NCBI GenBank assembly: GCA_040754455.1
Contig: JBFMCP010000003.1
Span: 1-64,000 of the forward strand
Reading direction: 5' to 3'
Source: Nitrospirota bacterium
GTDB taxonomy: Bacteria > Nitrospirota > Thermodesulfovibrionia > Thermodesulfovibrionales > Dissulfurispiraceae
Length of the DNA: 64,000 bases
Part shown: positions 8,921 to 20,153 of the stretch, one piece after another
How positions within the stretch are numbered: position 1 is the stretch's first letter
Layout of the letters: every line of letters begins with the position of its first letter
Made by a program: the position numbers and the translations under genes
Notes under the pieces: model-generated
What the model saw: only the letters and a program-made list of their open reading frames with translations
What the model was told of the DNA's origin: nothing
The model's database searches: none

Positions 8921-10318
8921 CTATAACGCCTGACGCTGCACCCCCAAACGCGTGAGTATCTCCCGTGCAACGATCACTCCTGACGCCGAGGCCTGAATGA
9001 GTCCCCTACTGACACCCGCCCCGTCGCCGATCGCGAAGAGGTTTGCAGTTTCAGTCTCAAGGCATGCACTGAGGCTGATCTGCCGTGAATAGAATTTCAC
9101 TTCCACGCCATAGAGGAGCGTGTGGCGCGAATACACTCCCGGCGCAATCCGGTCCAGCGCTTCGAGCATTTCGAGAAGATTGACAAGATAGCGATACGGC
9201 AGCACAAAGCTCAGGTCTCCCGGCGTCGCATCTTTCAGCGTCGGCTCGACAAGCCCCCGTGCAATCCGCTCCGGCGTCGACCGTCTCCCCTGCAGGAGAT
9301 CGCCGAGCCGCTGCACAATGACGCCGTTGCCGAGAAAATTCGCAAGCCGCGCGATGTGCATGCCGTAGGATATCGGCTCATCGAAGGGCTCGGTAAAGAA
9401 TGTGCTGGAAAGGAGTGCGAAATTGGTATTATTGGTCCTCTTATCGGCAAAGCTGTGTCCGTTGACCGTCCATATGCCTTTCAAATGCTCTTTCACCACT
9501 TCGCCGTAGGGATTGACGCAGAAGGTCCTGACCTTGTCATCAAACCTTTTAGAGTAAAATATCAGCTTCGGCTCATAGGTAATCTTTGTGAGCGGCTCGA
9601 GAACCGCTGCAGGGACTTCCACACGCACCCCGATGTCCACAGGGTTTTTGAGGAGCGTCAGTTTAAGCCGCTTCGCTTCAGCCTCGAGCCATTTTGATGA
9701 CGCCCTGCCGGGTGCGAGGATGATGTAATCCGCAGCGTACTTTTTCCCGTCATTGAGGCGGATCCCTACGGCCTTTTTCTTCTCGGTGATGATCCGCTGC
9801 ACCTCGGCGCCGAAAAGCGTATCGACTTTTTCATTGATGAACTCCCGCATGTTCCTCAGCACCTCCCTGCACCGGTCGGTACCGATGTGCCGGATCTTCG
9901 AGGGGACGAACTGGAGATCGTTTCGGGCAGCGAGATCACGTATGCGCTCAATTTCTTTCTCATCGCCACCGTGCACTTCCTCGGGAGCGCCATACGCCAC
10001 ATAGAGACGGTCTGCATAATCGATCAGGGATCGCAGCAGCGCCGCATCCACGTAGCGCATAAGGAATCCGCCGATCTCGGTGGAGAGCGTGAGCTTTCCG
10101 TCGCTGAAAGCGCCAGCGCCTCCCCACCCGCTCACCAGCTCGCATTCGGGGCAGGCAACACACGGCACCCCCCTGACATCCATGGGGCACTGCCGCCTGT
10201 CGATGTCCTTTCCCTTTTCGACCATGAGGATTTTCAGGCGTGGACTGTGCTCCAGGAGTTCAAGGGCGGCAAAGATTCCCGCAGGACCTGCACCGACGAT
10301 AATGACATCGTAGTTCAT
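8921..10318 (-). CDS. FAD-dependent oxidoreductase (COG2509-like)
   Basis: GAGPAG Rossmann motif, GWGGAGAFSDGKL, RTFCVNPYG, GDGAGVSRGL. Confidence 0.85.
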   Translation of the reverse strand: MNYDVIIVGAGPAGIFAALELLEHSPRLKILMVEKGKDIDRRQCPMDVRGVPCVACPECELVSGWGGAGAFSDGKLTLSTEIGGFLMRYVDAALLRSLIDYADRLYVAYGAPEEVHGGDEKEIERIRDLAARNDLQFVPSKIRHIGTDRCREVLRNMREFINEKVDTLFGAEVQRIITEKKKAVGIRLNDGKKYAADYIILAPGRASSKWLEAEAKRLKLTLLKNPVDIGVRVEVPAAVLEPLTKITYEPKLIFYSKRFDDKVRTFCVNPYGEVVKEHLKGIWTVNGHSFADKRTNNTNFALLSSTFFTEPFDEPISYGMHIARLANFLGNGVIVQRLGDLLQGRRSTPERIARGLVEPTLKDATPGDLSFVLPYRYLVNLLEMLEALDRIAPGVYSRHTLLYGVEVKFYSRQISLSACLETETANLFAIGDGAGVSRGLIQASASGVIVAREILTRLGVQRQAL

Positions 10319-10324
10319 ACTACT

Positions 10325-10442
10325 CCTAAATTCTAAACTCTAAATCCGAAACAAAGGAATTCTTCCCATCCATTTAGAGTTTCATGTTTAGAATTTCGAG
10401 TTTGTTGCTCGTCTAGGATTTCGTGCTTAGGACTTAGAATTT
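10325..10442. repeat. Heptamer-repeat palindromic element
   Basis: Units ctaaatt/ctaaact/ctaaatc/cgaaaca against gtctagg/atttcgt/gcttagg/acttaga; overlaps the surE 3' end. Confidence 0.7.
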
Positions 10443-11197
10443 TCTCCTCTCCCCCATGTTTTCTTCAGATAGTCCATTGCATCATAATTGGTGAGATTCA
10501 GATGGATCGGCGTCACCGAGACATAGTTGTCCAATACCGCCTGCATGTCCATGTCTTCTCCCTGCTCCCAGTACGGCGTTCCTCCGCCGATCCAGAAATG
10601 CTTGTCGCCCCAGGGAGAATAGACTTCCTGTATCGAGCCGTCATAGACACGTTTGCCCTGCTTGGTAATCTTTATTCCCTTGATCAGATCCCTCTTGAGC
10701 ACATTGGGGACATTCACATTGAGCAGGGTATCATAGGGCAGGGATTTTTCCAGAATATAGGCTCCGACTTCGATGGCAAAAGGGATTGCCGTATCATAGT
10801 AAAACGGCCTGTTTCCCGTTACCGAAATGGCGAACGAGGGTACACCGAGGATCGTGCCCTCCATTGCAGCGGAAACCGTACCGGAATAGGTGATGTCATC
10901 GCCCAGGTTGGCGCCGTTATTGATTCCGGATGCAATGAGGTCGGGCTTTCGGGGCAACAGCTTGTGAACGCCGAGCGCAACGCAATCCGTCGGCGTCCCG
11001 TTGACACTGAACACCTGTTCGCGCAGCTCTTCCGCCTTGAGCGGGCGGTGAAGCGTGAGCGCATGGCCGACAGCGCTCCGCTCCCGGTCAGGGGCGACCA
11101 AGTAGGCATCTCCCAGCTCTTTCATCGCCTTGAACAGGGCAATGACGCCGGGCGCGTGAACGCCGTCATCATTGGTAACAAGGATAAGAGGTCTCAT
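10427..11197 (-). CDS. surE: 5'/3'-nucleotidase SurE
   Basis: ILVTNDDG, GTPTDCV, SGINNGANLG, YSGTV. Confidence 0.96.
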   Translation of the reverse strand: MRPLILVTNDDGVHAPGVIALFKAMKELGDAYLVAPDRERSAVGHALTLHRPLKAEELREQVFSVNGTPTDCVALGVHKLLPRKPDLIASGINNGANLGDDITYSGTVSAAMEGTILGVPSFAISVTGNRPFYYDTAIPFAIEVGAYILEKSLPYDTLLNVNVPNVLKRDLIKGIKITKQGKRVYDGSIQEVYSPWGDKHFWIGGGTPYWEQGEDMDMQAVLDNYVSVTPIHLNLTNYDAMDYLKKTWGRGENSKS

Positions 11198-11229
11198 ACC
11201 ATTACAATATTACACTAAAAGCGCTCGAC

Positions 11230-12216
11230 TTAATAGTGACAGGATGCAGGGCCTCTAAACTCTCTCATCGCCTCCTGATAGAGGGCCAGCACAGTATCCC
11301 GGTATTTTGGAGAGAAGTGCAAAAGATCGAGATGCCCCACCTTTGCCTCTCGCGCTATCTTCCCCGCCAGCGCAGCGGTGAGGTGATGCCGCTCATGGGC
11401 CCTCTCTTTATCTTTTTCAAGGAAATAAGCCTCGCAGAACAGCAGATCCGAGCCGCTGACAAAGGGAATAATTTTCTCGATGTTATCGTCGGTCGGCGAG
11501 ACATCCGTTACATAGGAGACCTTTTGCCCTCTCGTTATGGTTGCAATATCCCGCACCTCTTCCAGAGTGAGCCGTCTGTCTTCAACGGTAAAAACCGTAT
11601 CGGCAGGAGCACCTTCCCTTATCGCCTTTTTGAAATCAGACAGCCAGGGGCCGACGGGAAGCCCCCGCTGTGCCAGTAATGCTTTATCAATATTGATATG
11701 GAAGTCTTCTTCCAGTGAATAGGCCATTACCGGGATTTCGTGGGAGAGGATGATGCCTTTGATGGTAAAGAGCGGATCCCTGAGCAGCATCCCCTCAAAA
11801 TTGGTAGCAGGATGATCAACCCGCTCGAAAGACCGGGCGGCATGGAAGCTCGCATGAGCCATTGTGCCATTCCTCACCTCGAACACCTCGATCTCGAGCG
11901 GATAGTCCCGTATCAGATTCCACGTATACCCGTTGAGCTTTCCCTCTACACAGCTGATGATGGGTTCGGGCCCGAAGATGCGCAACGGCGTCTCCTTTCT
12001 GAGGATATTTCTTAGGAGCGTATCGAACCCTATGAAATGGTCGATATGGGTGTGCGTAATGAATACATCGCTGATCTTCAAAAGGCTGGCAGCGCCGAGC
12101 CGCCCGATGCTCCCCAGATCGAAGAGCAGCGCCCGCCGCTCCCTGAGGATGCGGATGAAAATGCAGGAATCCTCGAAGGGACCATTCACCGGGTCGGCAT
12201 GAAAAGTTGGTTTCAT
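11230..12216 (-). CDS. RNase Z-like MBL-fold metallohydrolase
   Basis: THTHIDHFIG motif, HHLTA, HFSPKY. Confidence 0.85.
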   Translation of the reverse strand: MKPTFHADPVNGPFEDSCIFIRILRERRALLFDLGSIGRLGAASLLKISDVFITHTHIDHFIGFDTLLRNILRKETPLRIFGPEPIISCVEGKLNGYTWNLIRDYPLEIEVFEVRNGTMAHASFHAARSFERVDHPATNFEGMLLRDPLFTIKGIILSHEIPVMAYSLEEDFHINIDKALLAQRGLPVGPWLSDFKKAIREGAPADTVFTVEDRRLTLEEVRDIATITRGQKVSYVTDVSPTDDNIEKIIPFVSGSDLLFCEAYFLEKDKERAHERHHLTAALAGKIAREAKVGHLDLLHFSPKYRDTVLALYQEAMREFRGPASCHY

Positions 12217-12323
12217 AGTGTTATAATTATAACATTCAACCGCGAGGGGAAATATCAGAAACGGAACGTTACATATCTCGTTTGTTCACTTCTTGCCTTT
12301 CACTCTAACTGCGAGGAGGCCCT

Positions 12324-13322
12324 ATGCCTGAACTGCGAAAAGACCCTATTTCCGGACGGTGGGTAATCATATCCGTTGAGCGTGGAAAGAGGCCCTCTGA
12401 CTTTATATCACCCTTCCAGAAGAGAAGGGCCGGTGGATTCTGCCCCTTCTGTCCGGGGAATGAGCATACGACACCGCCTGAAATTACCGCCTTCAGACCT
12501 GCAAGCACACCTCCCAATTCCCCGGGATGGACACTCAGGGTCGTGCCCAACAAATTCCCCGCCCTGCAGATACACGGGGACCTCAACAAAAGAGGCGAGG
12601 GGGTGTTCGATAAAATGAACGGCATAGGGGCCCATGAGGTCATCATCGAAACGCCGGACCATCAGCTTTCCCTTGCCACCATGCCGCAGCGCGCTGTCGA
12701 GGATGTGCTGTGGGCCTACTATTTCAGGCTGATCGATCTGAAAAAGGATATGCGCCTGAAATATGTGTTGATTTTCAAAAATGAGGGGGAGATCGCAGGA
12801 GCTTCACTTGAGCATACCCATAGCCAGCTCATCGCCCTTCCGACGGTTCCGAAAAGCGTGAGGGAAGAGATGGATTCTTCGAAGAAATATTATGAGAACA
12901 AGGAACGGTGCATTTTCTGCGATATTATTTCCCAGGAATTGAGCGCCGACAGAAGAGTCATTTACGAAAACGATAAATATATCGCCCTCTCTCCTTTCGC
13001 ACCGCGGGAGCCTTTTGAGACATGGATACTGCCGAAGGTGCATGAGTCGAACTTCCAGCCTTCGGAAAAGAGCTTCACCAGCCTTGCGGAGATACTCCAA
13101 AGAATTCTGAAACAGCTCGACAAGGTGCTCGATACGCCGCCCTACAACTTTATCATTCACACCTCTCCCTTCAAAGAGGAAATCAATGACTACTATCACT
13201 GGCACCTCGAGATCGTGCCCAAGGTGACCCGTACCGCCGGATTTGAGTGGGGTACGGGTTTTTACATCAATCCCACGCCCCCGGAAGAGGCGACGAAGTT
13301 CATGAAAGAGGCGAAGATATGA
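12324..13322 (+). CDS. galT: GalT-family nucleotidyltransferase (galactose-1-P uridylyltransferase-like)
   Basis: ELRKDPISGRWV, CPFCPGNE, GASLEHTHSQ, AGFEWGTG. Confidence 0.88.
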   Translation: MPELRKDPISGRWVIISVERGKRPSDFISPFQKRRAGGFCPFCPGNEHTTPPEITAFRPASTPPNSPGWTLRVVPNKFPALQIHGDLNKRGEGVFDKMNGIGAHEVIIETPDHQLSLATMPQRAVEDVLWAYYFRLIDLKKDMRLKYVLIFKNEGEIAGASLEHTHSQLIALPTVPKSVREEMDSSKKYYENKERCIFCDIISQELSADRRVIYENDKYIALSPFAPREPFETWILPKVHESNFQPSEKSFTSLAEILQRILKQLDKVLDTPPYNFIIHTSPFKEEINDYYHWHLEIVPKVTRTAGFEWGTGFYINPTPPEEATKFMKEAKI

Positions 13323-14803
13323 AGATTGCCATCGTTGCCTCTGAAGCGGTCCCGTTTTCAAAGACCGGGGGACTGGCTGATGTAGCAGGAACGCTCTACA
13401 AGGAATTTCTGGGCATGGGACACGAGGTATACCTGTTTGTGCCGCTCTACAGGAGGACATGGACACAATTCAAAAGTGAGCTCCAGGATACCGGCATGGA
13501 GCTGGATATTCCGCTCGGAAAAGCTACAAGAAAATGCAAAGTATTTACCATAAAGAAGGATGCTGCTTCACCGATTCACCGATTCGCCGGTTCTGTCTTT
13601 TTCATCGGCAACGATGAATTCTTCGACAGGGATGAATTGTACGGGACTCCTGCTGGCGACTACCCTGACAACGACCAGCGCTTTACCTTCTTCTGCAAGA
13701 GCGTCCTGGAGCTCTGCATCAGGCTGGGCATTTCCCCTGAGGTGCTGCAGTGCAATGACTGGCAGACAGGACTCATCCCCCTCTACCTTAAGACCCTCTA
13801 TCGGGGAGCTCCGGTCTTCAGGGATACGGTATCGGTGATCACCATCCATAATCTCGGCTACCCCGGCCTCTTCCCGTTCCAGACACTGCAGATCACCGGA
13901 TTGGGCATGGACCTTTTCAATCCCGACGGGATCGAATTTTACGGCAAGTGCAATTTTCTTAAAGCAGGGATCGTCGGCGCCGACAGGATCACCACGGTCA
14001 GCAGGACCTATGCAAAAGAGATACTCACTCCGGGATCAGGTTTCGGACTGGACGGCATTCTCAGGAAACGGTCTGATTCCCTTGTCGGCATCGTGAACGG
14101 AATAGATTATACGGAATGGAATCCGGCCACCGACGGGTTTATTCGCAAGACATATACGGTCTCCGATCTTTCGGGAAAGCGGGAGTGCAAAAAGGAACTG
14201 ATACAACACTGTGCATTTAAAGGCGGCGTTCAGATGCCGCTGATCTGTTTTATCGGGAGGCTTTCGGCCCAGAAGGGGCTCGACATCTTTTCCGATGCCG
14301 TACCCGATCTGGTGGCAGGAGGGTCGAATATCCTTGTGATCGGCAAGGGCGACGAACTCTACCATACCATGATGCATGCTTTGAGCAAACAGTTCAGCAG
14401 GAGCGTGTATTTCTATTCGGAGTTCAACGAGTCCTTTGCCCACGCAGCGTACGCAGGCGCCGATATATTCCTGATGCCTTCACGGTATGAACCCTGCGGG
14501 CTGGGACAGATGATCGCCATGCACTACGGGACGATTCCGGTGGCCCGGAAGACCGGAGGCATTACCGATACTGTCGAAGACGGCTCTGTAGGCTTTCTCT
14601 TCGAAGAATACTCGACGGTCGCCCTGATGCAGGCTGTCGATCGAGCGCTCGCTGTCTACGAGAACAAGACAGCGTGGCAGAAGCTTGTCAAAAATGCCAT
14701 GAGGAAGGACTTCTCATGGAAGAAATCTGCCGAGGAGTATATAACGCTGTACCGGGAGGCCCTCGCATCAAAAGCAGCGGCCGGTCCGGCCCTCACTGTT
14801 TAA
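13319..14803 (+). CDS. glgA: Glycogen synthase
   Basis: PFSKTGGLADV, CNDWQTGL, PSRYEPCGLGQM; ATG overlaps the galT stop. Confidence 0.95.
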   Translation: MKIAIVASEAVPFSKTGGLADVAGTLYKEFLGMGHEVYLFVPLYRRTWTQFKSELQDTGMELDIPLGKATRKCKVFTIKKDAASPIHRFAGSVFFIGNDEFFDRDELYGTPAGDYPDNDQRFTFFCKSVLELCIRLGISPEVLQCNDWQTGLIPLYLKTLYRGAPVFRDTVSVITIHNLGYPGLFPFQTLQITGLGMDLFNPDGIEFYGKCNFLKAGIVGADRITTVSRTYAKEILTPGSGFGLDGILRKRSDSLVGIVNGIDYTEWNPATDGFIRKTYTVSDLSGKRECKKELIQHCAFKGGVQMPLICFIGRLSAQKGLDIFSDAVPDLVAGGSNILVIGKGDELYHTMMHALSKQFSRSVYFYSEFNESFAHAAYAGADIFLMPSRYEPCGLGQMIAMHYGTIPVARKTGGITDTVEDGSVGFLFEEYSTVALMQAVDRALAVYENKTAWQKLVKNAMRKDFSWKKSAEEYITLYREALASKAAAGPALTV

Positions 14804-14829
14804 CCGTTACGCTATTTTGGTGAATAGAT

Positions 14830-17568
14830 ATGGAAGATGTATACAACCCTGATGAGCAGGCGGCGACACCCGGCGAGAGCAAGGCAGATATGCTGCGCCA
14901 GCTCGAGATGGCGCTCGACAAAAACGTAGAACTCTACCATACCACCAGGGAGCAGCTGAACAGGATTACCGTTCTCTATGAGCTGACAAAGGCGATCATT
15001 TCGGTCCGCGACTTCGATGAGCTGCTCAAGAAGATATCCGAAGAGACAGTAAAACTCTTCAATGCCAAGGGGTGCATTATCCGCCTCATCGAGGAAGGGA
15101 TATTGAAGGTAAAGGCCTATTACGGATTTCCCGATGAAATTATGAATGCCTTGACCCTCAATGTAGGCGAGGGTCTCGCCGGAAGGGTCGCCCAGGAAGG
15201 CAGGACGCTCTTTGCCGGAGCTGCCGAAGACTTCGGTCCTATAACGCAGTACCTCCCCCTACAGACGGCGATCTGCACCCCTCTGAAGATTGGCGACCAG
15301 ATTATAGGGACCTTTGGCCTCTACGACAAAAGGGTCCTCTCGCGTGAAGGGAGTGAGACCATTGTTTCCTTCACCGAGGAGGACTTAATTACGCTCGAGG
15401 GGTTCGCCTCCATAGCCGCCCTCGTCATTGATAAATCCATCCTCTATGAAACCGCCCTGCGGGAGGAGCGCGCCGCACTCGAGGCGAAGCGACGGGTCGA
15501 GGAGCTGAAAGACTACCTCGAAGGGTTTATCGAGAACACTGCCGACGCCATCGTCACCACGACGCCTGACGGGATCGTCACCTCCTGGAACATGGGGGCC
15601 GAAAAGATCTACGGCTATTCCCGTGAGGAAGCGATCGGAAAGTACCTGCCCTTTGTCCCCGATTTCCTGATGGAAGTGGAGCGCAATTACGCCGAGCGAG
15701 TTAAACGGGGAGAAACGATCAAGGACATCGAGACGGTCAGAAAGACAAAGGACGGCAGGCTCATTGATGTCAGTCTTACCCTCTCCCAAATCAAGGATGC
15801 GACCGGCAAGATCATCGGTATCAGCGGCATTGCCAGGGACATCACCGAAAAGAAGAGGATTGAAAAAGACCTTCTCAACAAGAATGCCGTACTCTCGAAG
15901 CTCTTCCTGATCAGCTCCGCCATGAGAGGACCTCTTGCACTGGATAAGCTCCTCAGAATGGTGCTGACAGCCGTCACCATGGGCGACGGACTGGGGTTCA
16001 ATCGCTCCATGCTTTTTCTTGTGGACGAGGAGCGGAACGTGCTGAAGGGAGCGATGGGGGTCGGCCCTGCCAGCCATGAGGAGGCCTGGGAGATATGGTC
16101 GCGGATGACGATGGAGCGGAAGAGTCTGCAGTCCATCATGGAAGAGATAGAGAAGGGGCCGCTGAAAAAGGACTCTTTCATGGACCGGCTCTGCTGTGGT
16201 GTCGAGGTCTCCCTCGAAATGGATACCATCCTCACCAAGGCCGTAAAAGAGAAGCGGCCCTTCAATGTAACCGACGTCCATGCAGAGCCGCTCTCCGATC
16301 CGGTGCTGATACAGCAGCTCGGCACCCCTGCCTATGCCGTGTTGCCCCTCATTTCAAAAGACAAGGTCATCGGCGTCCTCTGGATTGACAACATTTACAC
16401 CGGCAGACCCATCACCGATTACGATATGGAGTTCCTCAAAGGATTTACGGACCAGATGGCATCGGCAATAGAAAACGCGCGGCTCTTCGAGCATATCGCC
16501 CAGGCCGAGCAGGAGCTCGAAAACATCTTCGAATCCATCACCGACCTCCTTTACTTCAACAGTAACGATTATACCATCAAAAAAGTAAACAAAGCGGTGC
16601 TCGCAAAGCTCGGCAGGACGGCAGAAGAGATTGTGGGGAAAAAATGCTATGAGGTCTTCCACGGGATGAAAGAGCCATGGAAAAAGTGCCCCCACCACAA
16701 GACGATAATGACCAAGACGCCTTTTGTCGAGGAGCTCGAGGATCCTGTGCTGGGCGGCACCTTTCTGGTATCGAGCTCTCCTATCTTCGACAAATCTGGA
16801 GACCTCCTCGGCACCGTTCATATTGCGCGGGACATCACCGAAATAAAACGGCTGCGGGAGAAGGTCGCTGCTGCCGAACGCATGGCCGCGCTCGGTGAAA
16901 TGGCAGCGAAGGTGGCCCATGAGATTAGAAACCCGCTCCTCTCCATAGGCGGTTTCGCCAGACGGCTGGAAAAGCGGCTGACGAGCGATCTCAAGGAATA
17001 CGCGAAGATCATTGTCGATGAGGTCGGGCGTCTGGAGGGCATTCTGAACGACACTCTCAGCTTTGTGAAGAGCTCGCAGCTCAAGAAGAGTGAGGTCAAC
17101 CTCAATGAGCTCATCGAGAATATCCTCAACCTCCTCGAGCCTGCTGTCGTCGACAGGAGGAATACCCTCGTCAAGGAAATCTCCTCTCCGATAAGCGTGA
17201 TTGTGGACCATGACCGGTTCAAAGAGGTCCTCATCAATCTGCTGACCAATGCGAATCAGGCGACCGATACCGGCACGATCGTTGTCAGGGCTTATGAGGC
17301 GGCTGCAGCGGTCGGCCACGATCTTCTGGGGCATACGGTGCAGAAAAAAGAGGCCATCGTAGAGATCGCGGACAACGGGTGCGGCATACGTGAGGAGGAC
17401 GTCAGTCGCATCTTTGACCCTTTCTTTACCACCCGCCCGGCCGGTACCGGACTCGGACTCTCGATCACCAAGAGAATTATTGAGGAGCATGGTGGTAAAA
17501 TTGAAGTGGAGAGCATATGGGGTGAAGGCACAACATTCAGAATTTACATACCATCACAGGAGGGCTGA
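14830..17568 (+). CDS. Cytoplasmic GAF-PAS-GAF-PAS histidine kinase
   Basis: PAS (WNMGAEKIYGY), GAF segments, H-box AHEIRNPL, GTGLGL. Confidence 0.9.
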   Translation: MEDVYNPDEQAATPGESKADMLRQLEMALDKNVELYHTTREQLNRITVLYELTKAIISVRDFDELLKKISEETVKLFNAKGCIIRLIEEGILKVKAYYGFPDEIMNALTLNVGEGLAGRVAQEGRTLFAGAAEDFGPITQYLPLQTAICTPLKIGDQIIGTFGLYDKRVLSREGSETIVSFTEEDLITLEGFASIAALVIDKSILYETALREERAALEAKRRVEELKDYLEGFIENTADAIVTTTPDGIVTSWNMGAEKIYGYSREEAIGKYLPFVPDFLMEVERNYAERVKRGETIKDIETVRKTKDGRLIDVSLTLSQIKDATGKIIGISGIARDITEKKRIEKDLLNKNAVLSKLFLISSAMRGPLALDKLLRMVLTAVTMGDGLGFNRSMLFLVDEERNVLKGAMGVGPASHEEAWEIWSRMTMERKSLQSIMEEIEKGPLKKDSFMDRLCCGVEVSLEMDTILTKAVKEKRPFNVTDVHAEPLSDPVLIQQLGTPAYAVLPLISKDKVIGVLWIDNIYTGRPITDYDMEFLKGFTDQMASAIENARLFEHIAQAEQELENIFESITDLLYFNSNDYTIKKVNKAVLAKLGRTAEEIVGKKCYEVFHGMKEPWKKCPHHKTIMTKTPFVEELEDPVLGGTFLVSSSPIFDKSGDLLGTVHIARDITEIKRLREKVAAAERMAALGEMAAKVAHEIRNPLLSIGGFARRLEKRLTSDLKEYAKIIVDEVGRLEGILNDTLSFVKSSQLKKSEVNLNELIENILNLLEPAVVDRRNTLVKEISSPISVIVDHDRFKEVLINLLTNANQATDTGTIVVRAYEAAAAVGHDLLGHTVQKKEAIVEIADNGCGIREEDVSRIFDPFFTTRPAGTGLGLSITKRIIEEHGGKIEVESIWGEGTTFRIYIPSQEG

Positions 17569-17569
17569 T

Positions 17570-17929
17570 ATGAAAATACTGGTAGTCGATGACGAGAAAA
17601 ACATCCTGAAGCTCTATCAGGCGGAGCTCGAAGACGAGGGATACACGGTCGTTACCGCGAATTCCGGCAGGGAGGCGCTCGAGGTGTTCGAAAAGGAGAA
17701 CCCCGATCTGGTAACTCTAGATATCCTGATGCCCGACATGGACGGTATCCAGGTGCTCCGGCAGATGAAAGAGAAACGGCCCAGCGTTCCCATTATCATG
17801 CTCACCGCCTATGACTACCGCGACGATTTTTCGGTCTGGGTCTCCGATGCCTATGTCGTAAAGTCTTCTGACCTCACCAATTTAAAGGCAACGATAAAGC
17901 AGCTGTTGAGCAAGGTGACGCCCTCTTAG
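17570..17929 (+). CDS. Single-domain response regulator
   Basis: KILVVDDE, LDILMPDMDG; ATG at 17570. Confidence 0.9.
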   Translation: MKILVVDDEKNILKLYQAELEDEGYTVVTANSGREALEVFEKENPDLVTLDILMPDMDGIQVLRQMKEKRPSVPIIMLTAYDYRDDFSVWVSDAYVVKSSDLTNLKATIKQLLSKVTPS

Positions 17930-17992
17930 AGTTTTTTTCCTGCGTGGATGAAGAATATGCATGCCTCGCTGCTGTGGAGCAAGGGCGAGGTA

Positions 17993-18385
17993 TTATATTG
18001 AAGCGGGACCCTTCTCTCTCTTCTGTCTGACCGCCTTTTCGATCGTCGTCAGCAGCCCGTCAGGAGTGAAAGGCTTTTCTATATAATCGAAGGCACCGAG
18101 CTTGATTGCCTGGACCGCCGAGGTAATGGTCTGGTATCCGGTAACCATAATAACCTCGATTTCTGGCCACTCTTCTTTTACCCGCCGCAGCACTTCAATG
18201 CCGTCGATATCGGGCATCTTGAGATCGGTCAGGACAACATCAAAGGGCTCCTGTCTGAGTCTTTCGAAGCCCTCGGCAGCGCTCTGTGCCAGTGCAACCT
18301 CGTATCCTTCAGGACCAAGCAGACGGTTGCAGCTGATCCTCACGATCTCTTCGTCATCGACGACAAGAATCTTTCCTTTGCTCAT
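17993..18385 (-). CDS. Single-domain response regulator
   Basis: ILVVDDE, TDLKMP, DYIEKPF. Confidence 0.9.
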   Translation of the reverse strand: MSKGKILVVDDEEIVRISCNRLLGPEGYEVALAQSAAEGFERLRQEPFDVVLTDLKMPDIDGIEVLRRVKEEWPEIEVIMVTGYQTITSAVQAIKLGAFDYIEKPFTPDGLLTTIEKAVRQKREKGPASI

Positions 18386-19953
18386 AACGGTATCAGGGGA
18401 AGCCTTACAAAGAAGCTCGTCCCTTTCCCTACCTCGCTTTTTACTATAATATTACCACTATGGTCCTCTATTATGCCATAACTTATCGCAAGACCGAGTC
18501 CGGTGCCCTTGCCGACGGGTTTTGTGGTGAAGAAAGGCTCGAAGATCTTTGACAGGTCCTCTTCGGCAATGCCGTGTCCGGTGTCGGTAAACTCGATCTC
18601 TATGAACTCCTGATCACGCTCCTTGATCCTCCGAGTTGCAACCGTGAGCGTTCCCTTTCCCCCCATAGCATCCGCTGCATTAAGGATCATGTTCAAAAAG
18701 ACCTGCTGCAGCTGTGTGCCGCCGGCATTTACCGGGGGGATGGATTGATCGAAGTCGGTGACGATCTTGATGTCGAAGAAGTCCGCCTTATGGCTTACCA
18801 TATCGAGCGAGCCCTGCACGAGCGCATTGATGTCCACCTCGGTCTTTTCAACCGAGGCGCCGCGCGCAAAGCCGAGGAGCCCCTTGATGATCGTGGAACA
18901 GCGCTCCGCCTGTTCGATAATCGTGGCGATGTCCTGGCGCTCCTGGCTGCCCTCGGGAAATTGGCGGTGCAGCAAATGCCCGAAGGTAACGATGCCGGTG
19001 AGGGGGTTGTTGATCTCATGCGCGACACCGGCAGCCAGTCTGCCCAGGGAGGCGAGTTTTTCCGAATGCACCAGCTGCGCCTGCGCCCTCTTAATCATTT
19101 CGGTCTTTTCCTCGACCCTCTTCTCGAGCATGCGGCCCCAGTCAATGAGCTCTCTCTTTGCCCGTGAAAGATCCTCGGTCATGGCATTGAAAGAGCGCGC
19201 GAGATCGCCCATCTCATCTTTTGTATTGATCTGGACCTTATGATCGAGATCTCCTTCAGCCACCTTGTGCATGCCTTCGGAAAGCAGTTTTACCGGTATG
19301 GATACCAATCTCCAGAGAATAGCACAGAGGGTGACGGAGATGATCGCAAGGAACACGAGAACATACACCGATATGGCGAAGCTCTGCCGCTCCGTGGTTT
19401 TATCCAGAAGGGCAAGGGAAAAATCGGTCTGGACAAAGCCGAGCACCTTCTTTGACCGGGGATGGACATGGCACGACGAGACATAGCAGGCAGGCTCGTT
19501 GTAAATGGGCTGAATCACATGAAGGATTCTTGTCCCCTCAGTGTTTTTGTCGATGAACCATTTCTGGCCCAGCTCTGTTTTTCTTGTGGCATGACACGTA
19601 GTACAAACAGGTGATGCCGCAGGGATCACCGTTTTCTTTTCATCTTTAAGAGAGGAGTGGGCTATTCTGCCGGTGCAATCGAAGATACGCACTCCGGTAA
19701 TCCCCTCGGTTGAGCCCACCGCCTCGACGGTCTGCTGGATAATAAGATCCTGGGAAGTGAGCATGCCATAGCGCGTGCTCTTCTTGACATTATCGGTAAA
19801 CGAAACGCCGTAACGCACAAAGTTCTGGAGCATCTCTTTTTCCTGGTGCTTGATGAGGAAAAACCAGAACACGGTGCTCACGATGAGCATCAGCGCTCCG
19901 ATAGCCATCAGAAGTTTATCAGTCAGTGAACTGAACGGCTCTCTTCCGTGCAT
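18382..19953 (-). CDS. HAMP histidine kinase with periplasmic putative c-type heme sensor
   Basis: Two TMs flanking CTTCH and [29 protein letters not shown]. Confidence 0.88.
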   Translation of the reverse strand: MHGREPFSSLTDKLLMAIGALMLIVSTVFWFFLIKHQEKEMLQNFVRYGVSFTDNVKKSTRYGMLTSQDLIIQQTVEAVGSTEGITGVRIFDCTGRIAHSSLKDEKKTVIPAASPVCTTCHATRKTELGQKWFIDKNTEGTRILHVIQPIYNEPACYVSSCHVHPRSKKVLGFVQTDFSLALLDKTTERQSFAISVYVLVFLAIISVTLCAILWRLVSIPVKLLSEGMHKVAEGDLDHKVQINTKDEMGDLARSFNAMTEDLSRAKRELIDWGRMLEKRVEEKTEMIKRAQAQLVHSEKLASLGRLAAGVAHEINNPLTGIVTFGHLLHRQFPEGSQERQDIATIIEQAERCSTIIKGLLGFARGASVEKTEVDINALVQGSLDMVSHKADFFDIKIVTDFDQSIPPVNAGGTQLQQVFLNMILNAADAMGGKGTLTVATRRIKERDQEFIEIEFTDTGHGIAEEDLSKIFEPFFTTKPVGKGTGLGLAISYGIIEDHSGNIIVKSEVGKGTSFFVRLPLIPL

Positions 19954-20153
19954 AGATTCTTTTGGACGTCAAAACCTTCCTCGTATTCAGCTGCTCACTG
20001 CAGGTGCCGCCTGTTCAAAAAAATGACAGTGCATACCTATCTAGATTAAGCGGCTGGTTCATTTCTGTCAAGTTATGTTCCTCCGTGAGAAAAGCCTTTT
20101 CATCCGCTCCGCTCTCTGTAGACAGCTTTTCGTTGAGTAAGGTATTATTAGCA

